64,000 bases of DNA from Patellaria atrata CBS 101060 (lineage: Eukaryota): NCBI GenBank assembly GCA_010093705.1, contig MU006095.1, forward strand, positions 1,297,623-1,361,622, in the 5' to 3' direction. Both the position numbers and the translations under genes were made by a program. Below the pieces are notes generated by a model. That model did not search any database and had not been told where the DNA came from. It saw nothing but the letters and a program-made list of their open reading frames with translations. Shown piece after piece: positions 40,001-50,631 of the stretch; positions within the stretch are counted from its first letter, which is position 1, and every line of letters begins with the position of its first letter.

Positions 40001-40461
40001 CAACGAAGTATTACTTTAACTATGAAGCCCCCGGACAGCCTTATTGGTTCCTCTTGGATTCTCTAGGATCTATCAATCTTATCGTCCAAACATTTCATCT
40101 CAGGCTTCAACATCCATCCACAAAATCCTGCAGCCGGATCACGCGGGCTTTCCTACTCATACGCTCACTGCATGCAAGCCGTGCCCCCTGTTTTGCGAAA
40201 GGGCTTATAGCCGTAAACCAAAAGCAATTCTATACCAACTATCGAATTGAAGCGACCCACGTGCTGATCACAACATTTCTTCTCTTCGCAATATCAAACT
40301 CTTTCGAATATTCTTCGTAATTCTGTCCGGCCAGGCCTTACAGCTTGTATCACCTGAATGAAGACATAAAGCTCTGCCTTTCTCCCTCCTATCTGATGGA
40401 CGATATCAAAATTCACTCACACACCAATTTTCTCCACAAAGTCTTATCATCACTCATTGCA

Positions 40462-40902
40462 ATGGATTCTCAAAGCACAACTATCATTGAGCCAGCTACC
40501 ACATCCACCATCCAGCCCTCCTCTAGCAGCGTTAGATCACAATCTACTCCAGCACCTCCGGCGCTTGAGCGTCGTGGCTCTAGCTTTCTGTCACTCTCTC
40601 CCATTGCATCTGACTCCTATCCGCTTTTGCGTCGCCCCTCTACCTTCTTAGTGCTTTCTCCTAAGGCATCTGGTTCCTCCTATCCTGTTACACCACTCGT
40701 CTCTCCACCAGCAGTCAATTCTACGGTGAATCCTTTATCACTTGTTCCTGAGGTTGGAAATCAGACTGTTCAAGCACCTCTCCACCGACGATCAAGCAGC
40801 GTGAGCAGCGACGGCTCAGCCAGACCGAGATTCCTGAAACTCGGCCCTGTTCATTTCGGGGGGGAGCAAGGAGTAGGTGACTTTGCAGAAGTCGAAGAGT
40901 GA
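40462..40902 (+). CDS. Small Ser/Pro-rich disordered protein with internal 20-aa duplication and C-terminal RFLKLGPVHFG motif
   Basis: ATG in GCAATG context; 146 aa; repeated RR-x-S-x-FLxLSP. The C-terminal motif resembles conserved fungal hypothetical proteins (from recall, not searched). Confidence 0.7.
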   Translation: MDSQSTTIIEPATTSTIQPSSSSVRSQSTPAPPALERRGSSFLSLSPIASDSYPLLRRPSTFLVLSPKASGSSYPVTPLVSPPAVNSTVNPLSLVPEVGNQTVQAPLHRRSSSVSSDGSARPRFLKLGPVHFGGEQGVGDFAEVEE

Positions 40903-42245
40903 AATTGGAACGACTTAACACGGACAATTGCGAGTAGATAGACCACTCACTGTTTGAGATCACGGACAAATTCAGGGCGTCGAGCGTAATATCAATGTAT
41001 TCAAGGCGGGGCGCAAACTAGGGGCACTTGTGGATCGCACAATTTCGAGATTCTTGACGTTGAGCTTTATGAAGTCGCACAAAATTTTCGTATATATTGG
41101 TAGATCTTGGTCGATTCAACGGGCAGGACTTGGCGGGGGGGGGGGAGGCGCTTGATTTACTTGATTAGCAGACCAGATCTACAAAAGCATGCCGAGCAAT
41201 AGATGCTTCTCTTGGACATTCTCGTCCCTCTCTTGGAATCTCTTGAACCTCGATCACGCGTGAGAAGGTGCGTGCGGACTGTGGAGCAGCTGTCTTCCCT
41301 CCTTCAGCTGCTTGCTTTGAAAGGTCTACCGTTCACAATTGCTTTTTCGTTCCCGATAGCGTAAAATTGATTTTCTGCCAAAACCCCCCCCCCAATGCTT
41401 TCTTCCTTCGGTAAGAAAACACACTGCAAAAGCTTCCTTCGGCCGCTCAGCAGCCCGCAACAAGCATTTTTCTTAGCTACTGTTAGTGCTCGACAATCGA
41501 GGAAGTTCAGGCGGGGGGGTTGTGCGAGATTATCTCCCCATCACACCCTACTGCATGCAAGGCGGCAGGCTCAGCAGCGCCGCTGAGCTATAAGCGACGG
41601 GGAAGGAGTAAAGCGGACTACGTTTGTAGGGCAACGGCCAATCTAACTGGAAAGCTTATGGGTGAGGGCTGCGGCGGACGTGGGATTGATGTGTGTGGGG
41701 GGGAATTGGTATGCTGGATAGGTGAGATGTTGGAAATGGTGGGGAATATGGGATTGGAGGTGAGGTTGAGGGGAAGAAGTTGGTAAGTTCCGCAAATGGG
41801 TTGAGGAGGATTTTGTTTACTAATTTTTCTACTTAGCGGTGCCAGTTGCACGGAGAGTACTGCCTAATCCTAATTATAGCGCTGAAAAATTTAGTGCGCT
41901 ACTGTGGTTTTTATGTACTTTGGATTAATAGCCGCCTATTATTGCTGTAGGTACTTACGTTATGGGCCTGTTAAAGCCACCCGCGTTGAGATCTTTATGA
42001 AGCTATAGAATTACTAAACGAAGTGGAACGTTGTTTCCATTTACCCTTCCATGCCTAAAGTTCTCATCCTGTATTTCGGTTGTAGGTATGCTCATGGAGA
42101 TTCAGCGGTCTGGTCCCTGACCCTAGACTATAATTTTAAGGACTTACGGACGTACTATAAATGACTGTTCATCACGAGGAGGCTCATAATAATATGTATA
42201 CGGTCCCTTCTAAAAGCACTCACCAGTTGCTCCAATTCCCTTTTC

Positions 42246-42718
42246 ACAGGATGATTTGGGTTGTAACGAACCTAAGGGAGCCTACGAGAGCACGTCACAT
42301 TCGTCCTCAGCTTCCATTAAACAAGCATACAGTGACGGGAGGGTATACGGACACTTCAAGACGTATTTTTAGACCCGAGTTGACTGTAGGACTTACTGTA
42401 TGCCCAGAGGAGCTATCTAGTGCAGGAATCCCCATACGGACAAGACATTATTCCAAACCCAAATACTCTTTATTTACTTAACGCGGTATTATATTTTGTT
42501 GTAGAACACGTAAGATATGATCCGTATGGGGATTCCTGCCACCGATAGCTCCTCTGGGGCATACAGTAGTCCTACAGTTAGCTCGGGCCAAAAAGTATGT
42601 TTTGAAGTGTCCGTATACTTTCCCACAGTGACTGATAGGTGCTGACCCGAATGAGATACTGCGTGTAAAGTCCTGTAGGGCTTTCCAGGTTTGTCACCTG
42701 TGTTCAATCAGATCCTGT
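42246..42718. repeat. Long imperfect inverted repeat (foldback): arms ~42246-42440 and 42521-42718, 80-bp spacer; MITE-like or hairpin RNA
   Basis: Core arms 42337-42440 and 42521-42624 are about 85% complementary by hand alignment (e.g. GTATACGGACACTTCAA / TTGAAGTGTCCGTATAC; GCAGGAATCCCCATACGGA / TCCGTATGGGGATTCCTGC). Outer arms are more diverged and end ACAGGAT...ATCCTGT. Confidence 0.88.
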
Positions 42719-43587
42719 CGCTCTACCACACCCAGTCTCAGTTCTTCGAACAATTTTTTTACTTTCTACTTCCGGGTTCAGGGGTCCTGAATTCATCGTC
42801 TTCCAGTTCGGTGTAGCATCGGAGGATCGAGAGTCCCACGCCGAACTTTTTAGGACCAAATGAGGCTTTAGATAGTAACTGGTGATAGATGGGTAATTTG
42901 CACGTTGTTACGCTTTGTGGACATCTGATTCTAGTGCTCCCGGGTCTATCAGGAGGTGAGGAATGGATAGTTCTAGGCGCCCCTGAGAAGGATCCCTCGA
43001 TATAATTCATACGCTCGGTGACCATAAAGAGGAGAAAGGTAAGATGATTTGGCTGACAGATCCTGTCAACCTAAATGGTCTAGAATATGGCTTCTGACAA
43101 TTTTCTTAGTTCTATGCCATGGTGAATTTTTACGTCGTGGGATAGAGGGGTAGTTTTGAGCCCCGCGGAATGACGGCATAGTCTAAGTAGACGACCTCGG
43201 GATTTTTCAGTAAGGTAGCTCACTTACCAATTGCAAGCTTACGATTGGTTTACGAATTGTGAAGTATCTGATTAATTGAATTCTGAAATTTCCCTTTTCC
43301 TTATTGGGACGGCATTAGTCATTCAGGGAAGCTAGATACCCTTTTCCACCAAGACGCCAAAAGCTTCTTTAGGATACTGAAGTCATAATCAAAGACGTAA
43401 CTTATGCGTCACTACAGTCGAATTATCGAAATGGGCCAAGCTACCTTAATTCGACTTCCTTCCAGCTGTTCCGACGCGTCCTTCAACTGCCGGCCCGCCA
43501 TTTTCAGTACAAGATATAATTCGAGTGATCGCGCATCGATTTTCCCCAGCTGTCAATTTCAGTCTTGTTCGCGAGATATTCGATATC

Positions 43588-45937
43588 ATGGACGGTATGC
43601 TTGCACAGACTAAAGGCGCAGCTGAGATGGTTATTCGAGGAGGTCAAAATCCGAAAATTAAGCAGCTCAATCAGTACACCGAGGATGTTCATAACTCGGA
43701 TGCTAGGATCACGTCAGATTATGGTGTCAGGAACAGTAACACAGACGACTGGCTGAAGGTTGTAAATGAGGATAAAACAGGCCCTATGTTGCTCGAAGAT
43801 CCGTTTGCTCGCGAAAAGGTATGATATCGATATCGATATTGATGGTATACAACCCGTTAGCAGGCCTGGCTGATGAATATTTACAGATTCACCGTTTTGA
43901 CCATGAACGGATTCCAGAGCGAGTTGTTCACGCTCGTGGTACTGGAGCTCATGGGACGTTCAAGCTCTTCGAGAGTGCAGAAGATGTCACATACGCCGGC
44001 GTATTGACAGACACGTCAAGAGAGACACCAGTTTTCGTTCGATTTTCAACCGTACTCGGGAGCCGTGGTAGTGCAGACACCGTCAGAGATGTTCGTGGAT
44101 TTGCCACAAAGTTCTACACCAAGGAGGGAAATTGGGATATCGTGGGGAATGATATTCCAGTTTTCTTCATTCAAGATGCTATGAAGTTTCCAGATGTCAT
44201 TCACGCGGGTAAGGTAAGTGTGTTAGCTTTCATTTGTCCCCTACCAGTCCTGATCCTGACCTTTTTCAGCCCGAACCCCACAACGAAGTCCCCCAGGCTC
44301 AAACTGCACATAACAATTTCTGGGATTTCCAATATCTACATTCGGAAGCTACGCATATGTTCATGTGGGCCATGTCTGACAGAGGAATCCCACGGTCCTA
44401 CCGCATGATGCAAGGGTTTGGTGTCAATACGTTCTCACTTATCAATGCTAAAGGGGAACGTCACTTTGTTAAGTTCATCTGGACCCCGGAACTTGGTGTT
44501 CACTCATTTGTCTGGGATGAAGCTCTGAAACTTGCTGGTCAGGATCCAGATTTTCATAGGAAAGATCTGCACGAGGCCATCGAGAATGGTGCTTTCCCAA
44601 AGTGGAAATTCGGTCTTCAAGTTATCCCAGAGGACAAGCAGGATGATTTCGACTTTGACATCTTGGATGCTACTAAAGTCTGGCCGGAAGAACTAGTGCC
44701 GATCCGCTACATTGGTCAAATGGAACTCAACCGTTGTGTGGATGAGTTCTTCCCGGAAACTGAGCAGGTCGCCTTCTGTACTAGCCACATAGTGCCTGGT
44801 ATAGGATTCTCTGATGATCCACTCCTCCAAGGCCGCAATTTCTCCTATTTCGACACTCAATTGTCCCGTCTTGGGATCAACTGGCAGGAACTCCCAATAA
44901 ATAAACCAGTGTGTCCCGTCATGAATCACCATCGTGATGGTCAAGGTCGACACAAGATCTCTAAAGGAACAGTCAATTACTGGCCAAATAGGTTCGAGGC
45001 AGTAGCCCCAGCAAAACCGGAGGAAGGTGGTTACGTTGACTATCCCGCCAAGGTTGCTGGTATCAAAGCTCGGATGCGAAGCAAGAAATTCCAGGAGCAT
45101 TTCAACCAAGCTCAACTGTTCTACAACTCCTTGTCTAAGGTGGAAAAGATGCACGTCATGAGTGCGCTCTCGTTTGAGTTGGATCACTGTGAGGACCCCG
45201 TTGTTTATGGTCGTCTCACACAAAGACTTGCAGACATCGACCTTGATCTCGCACAAACAATAGCAAAGCAGGTTGGCGCGCCTGTACCGCAAGAATCCGG
45301 GCGACCCAATCATGGCAGGACAGCCAAGGGCCTCAGCCAGTTTGATTACATGCCTGAAACCCCGACTATATTGTCTCGTCGGGTGGCGCTCATTATTGCT
45401 GATGGTTATGATGCTGTTGCATATAATGGTGTAAAGGCCGCGCTCTCAGCAGCAGGTGCGGTACCGTTCACCATCAGCGTCCGTCGTTCTCCCATCTTCG
45501 CCGCTGGCGAGGACCAAGGGACCGGTAAGGGTCAGAAACCCGATCATCATTTAGAGGGCATGCGGTCGACAATGTTCGACTCCATATTCGTACCCGGTGG
45601 CGTAGACTCCATCGCAACACTCCGCAAGAACGGACGCGCACTCCACTGGGTCCGCGAAGCATTTGGTCATCTCAAAGCCATCGGTGCTACCGGTGAGGCC
45701 GTCAGCTTCGTCAAGGATGCTTGCGCCCTCCCTGGCTTGAGCTTTGCTGAGACGGGCGACGTGGTCGATAGTTATGGGGTTGTTACCAGCAATGAGAGTA
45801 AGCCGGAGAGCTTCAAGGAGGCGGTTAACTTGGTCAAGGGTGCAAAGGACTTCGTCACGGCGTATTTTTATGCGATTTCCATGCATAAGAATTTCGATAG
45901 GGAGTTGGATGGCTTGTCTTCTAAGTTGGCTTTCTGA
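43588..45937 (+). CDS. catA: Large-subunit monofunctional catalase, intracellular CatA/CAT-1 type. Introns 43819-43886 and 44214-44269
   Basis: [15 protein letters not shown] (distal His), [39 protein letters not shown] (proximal Tyr), C-terminal DJ-1/PfpI-like domain ([19 protein letters not shown]); no signal peptide. Confidence 0.95.
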
Positions 45938-48900
45938 GAGGTTTGGACTTCAAGTGGGTTCAGTGTATATAGATAGGGAGTATAGGTAGCCCATTAATCA
46001 TCCATTGAGATGAAAATTCTCTATCCGTGATGTGAGACTTTGGCCAGGTAGTTCAAACTGTTGATTGTATATATATCCTGCTGATCGAACTTCGAATTGG
46101 GATCGAACAATCAAATGAAAGTGGTGTTGATATTGTTACAGATACATATCCTCTTCAGACTATAACGTGACCAAATCCCCTCCCTCTCCCTTCTTACCTC
46201 AGAAATTAACCTAGCTCCTACCCTATGAAGGTAGTTCATAAAATAGCTCCTACTCCATGGTGCCATTGAAGGTTTTGGGAGTTTGAGAGATTGATATAAG
46301 GCCCCGTCCCTCCACCCCAACAGAAAAGTTCGTTATCCCATATTATGCTTGGTATACATCAGCTCCTGTAGCTGTCAAGTACGGAAAATTGAGATATGTG
46401 GTTCGTTCGTACGGTCGAGTTGTACGTTTCCTTGGGTGTCTTTTGTGTGTTTCTCTTTTTTGTCCAAGGAATTTGTCGGCGCTTCGGGTAGAAAGGTACT
46501 GTACAGTGTGCGAGGACCTCATTTATAGAAGAAGAGGTAGTTCGTACTTATGTACTATAGTTCCTTTTTATGCATTATAGTTCCCAGCAGTCCGCTCTGG
46601 CTGTTAATAACCTCCTATCTCTCTCATTGTACTGCGTAATTGAGATTGCTAGTCAAGGTAAGGACCAGCTGCGCGTCCTCCACCCCAAGAGCAGGTTCTC
46701 TTTCTTTGTGTTGTCTCGATTCGTACTCTTCAATCGGTGTATATTTCTTTATACACTCAATATACATACTCAGGTCCAAGTATCTCAATGGCTCTTCCAG
46801 AGTATATGTGACCTCCCTCCCTCCAGCTAGTGATCTCTCTTGTTGTCTAGCTCATCTCATACAAGGGGATGGAAAATGGAAGAGAAAGTATGCTATTTTT
46901 CAGGGATCGATCGCGTCTTGATATCCACATTAGTGTATGTGCGGTTGGAATTCATAAACATCCTACTTCTTTCCCGAGAAGGTGGACTGGGATGGGCCTT
47001 GAGGTGTGGGCCAGCGTGGAAGGTATTGTTGGAACTTCTATTTCGTTATCAATATGGTGGACATACTTCTAGTAGTGCTACTAATGTACACCTCTTCAGC
47101 CAGAAGGCGTGAGTACGATAGAGGGGCATGGATGAAGGCACCTATACGATTTTAACAATGGAGAGAGCGGAGAGATTCGAGGGAATACGTTTAGCACACC
47201 CGATAGATGTGCAAAAACTGGAACATGACAAGAGGGCTTGGTGCATAACTATATGCGCTCATATGAGCTTGACTGGCTTTGCAGGTCTCTAGTTGACTTC
47301 GAATTTTCATCTTTGGCGATTCCCTCAAGGTGGCATATTGGAACATATCAACCACCATTTGTTCCATACATGAATCGGTAATAAACCTTCTTGATGCACA
47401 ATTAAATTGTGGAGTTCTACCAAGAAGTACTTCACTTGTAGAGCAGGTCCAAGCTGAAGTTGTGGGTACGGTACCTCCCTTTTGGAAAGATCGTTGTCCA
47501 TTATGTGATGATAGGGGTCGGACACGGATATTTCCTGAGAATCGTACTTCCTAACATGAACACCGGTTATTGAATCACGACCGCCATTCCCGATGCTGTA
47601 CGCGATACGGAAGTACTTTGTGAGCTACCTGGCGTAAAGTACAACCTATACTAACACAGGTAAATGGAGCTTTGCAACATGATTCGATGTTGACCTGATG
47701 CATGAGAGGTGTGCCCCAACAGCTTGGAACCGACCTCTAATCTCCCTTTTGGACAACAATAAACCAGCCTTTTCAAGTTCAACCGATAATTTGATGCTAT
47801 GGAGACGATATCTGTGAGTTGTCAGTTGCTGGAAAGCAAGAGAAGTACATTATCTCCCTTAACCTTCGGAATTTACTGAACCTTGCTCGTTCCTAGACAT
47901 ACTGTACATGAAAGGCAGATCAACGGCCCGACTCTCCGCCTAAACTCGAACGACGCCCTCTCAGCCGCATAGGGGATATTTGAAAGAGATACAGAAGCAG
48001 CTGGGAGTGAATGGCGGCAATGATGTATATAAGCTCCCATAACTTACCGGCTTCGGATATAGCGCTCCTGCTTGCACGGGTAAGAAAATCCAACTTGGCA
48101 GCTCTAACGCCCCTTGGTAGACTGGTATGCCGGATGGATCTATGGGAGCCCTAGGCACTAGACTCGACTTTACAAGTATAGCCAGAAAGATAAGGGCGGC
48201 GTTACCTCGAATCAACAACATAACCAAGTGACAATAGCAAGAAAATCGAGGAAAGATATTGGATAGAAGAACAACATGAGATCCTTCTTTAAACCATATT
48301 CAAAATGACCGCTTATGAGGAATATAACATGCTTACGGTCACACCTCTCGTAGGGGCTGCATTTCAGCATCAAAATTACAATGTCCTAGACAGATTCTGT
48401 CAAAGTCTGTGTAGACCAACTACCGGCAATCTTCTAAGATAGTTCTATTGGGTAGAGGCCTAAACGCAACAATCCTACAACGAGAACTATATGACACCCT
48501 GAGACAAAGCAAGATTGGACACACTTATACCTTAGGCTCTAATGCATCAAAATTTGATCATAACGAGCCGTTTTCGCTCGTCCCTTTTTCGCTTGTCCCT
48601 TTTTACGGGACCAGGCCCCTAATATTCGTTTTGGTTTAACTGCAGAAACCTCATGTCGGCTTATATCAGAAGTGGGACCCTCAGCTGTACAGGCTCTTAT
48701 CTACGACTGTTCACGATGAACTACCGTCTCATACCCATTACCCCTCTTCTGCCATACCTTCTTTTGCCAATACAAGGCCTTATTCATACGACTGCGAAGT
48801 GTTGACGAATTATCTTGTACTGTACAGTACGCCTAGCTATCGTAGATAGATGTCAGCTTCAGTCAACTCAACATGGGGTAGAGCTGCTCACTATGAGCTC

Positions 48901-50631
48901 ACTACTGACGTGTACATTTCATTCTAACATTCATTTGTGAGTTTAGGCTCCGGTGTAGTTTTTCAGGTCTTCGCTCTTCTCCCATCCATTTCTCTTTGAG
49001 ATCCAGAACTCCCGACCAGTTGAGCAACTGTAATTCAGATTGGTGTTCGCCCATGTTCTTACCACGCAATAATGGTCTCCTCGGAATGGTAGGATCGAGT
49101 TAAGGGGATGACGTGCATCTCAGTAGCATTTGCATTTTCGATCGCAGTTCCTTGTCGTCTATTCTATGCTTATGTCTTACTTAATCACCCCCTTGGCGCC
49201 TGATGCGCTAATTCCTTCTTCTCCTCTTTTAACACAACGACCTAGACCACATCTCTCAGTAGAACTGACCGGTCAATAACCTGAATGGTTCGCCTCGCTT
49301 CCATGTTCCATCTTCATATCTTCAGCTCCCTTCTTCACTGTACAATATGTGACATGTCACAATTTTTTTTTGGCTTTAGAGGAAGTGAGCATTACAACAT
49401 ATCTTCAGATATAGCCGGGTAAATATGCATTCGATAGCCATTCTGCAGCAACCGTAACTCACGTTATCAACATTCAAGGGAATATTCTTCGCTCATATTG
49501 GACACAGTCCTTTTAACAATGTTGGTGGCTGATCTTGGTGTAGGTCTGCGTCCCTATTAAGCTCGACCTAGAGAGGTATATCGTCTATATTTATGACGCG
49601 TTGGCCCTGCGTTACCTGCAGCCCTGCACAGAGATATCAACCTAATCATCCTAATGTCAACTGTAGTACAGAATCTGGTGCGTAGCGAGAAGCCAACAAG
49701 CGCAACCAATCATACATTTTTCAACCCGCTGAGCGACGATCACATGTTCGACCACGTATGTGGGCTGAAGACCAAGCAACTTCTCTTTGATCATGTCAGC
49801 TTAGCCGCAATTCCCTATTCAGTCGCTATGCATATCTCATCGCTTCTTACAGCGTCTGTGTAACACACTCTTGTGGATTTCGGTATTTTCCTGGGCGATT
49901 CGTGATGGTGGCACAGTCCTTGCAGTCCAAATTTCTTCTTTTCTCCACTATTCTTCTCGGTTTCGGGAATATTGGCGATTACTCTAATTCGTTGTGAAAG
50001 AGATCGTTCTACGTATATGCAATCCGAGGACCGGATTCGACGATAACCCAACCCCGCAAAAACATTAAACCAGCTGTTCAAATATATCAGTAAACCTTCA
50101 TGGTTGCGGCGTGGTCATGCGGCGTAGGCTCCAGTGGAGTAAGATATGGTAAACCTGGAGTTTCCGGTGAGACATTCCCCGCTGGTTTATTCGTATGTCT
50201 CGTTTAAGGAACGGGAAAGTAGATCTTGAAATCTGGATTAGAGTGATGCGGGAGGAAGCGAGAAGCGAAGGGTCGCTCCCTAATGTGTTTCCTCCGTGGA
50301 ATCCTTCGTGCGGTGGCATGTTTGATATGCGGAGAGTGATATGTTTGACTATATAAACATATGGCATTAGAAGTGGTTCATTGAGTAAGTTGTACCAGAC
50401 GCTGTGCTTGAGGTTGACTTGTCCTACCATCTGTACAGACACTCAGGTTGACGTTGATCTTTGGTGGATTTTACAGTGGCAAGAGGCTTTCTTTCCCCTT
50501 GAAACCCATATTACATCACTATAGTTTGTCACTTTACTGTTCTTTCAATATATCTTTTCCATCAAATTCTCTACATGATAACGAAACTTCTGAGTTGTTC
50601 ATATTGTATGCTCCTTCCCATTAGATCGAAA

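Noticed and set aside
48331..48345. GCTTACGGTCACACC, similar to a 5S rRNA 5' end
   Set aside because: Similarity stops after ~15 nt; no box A/C or closing helix.
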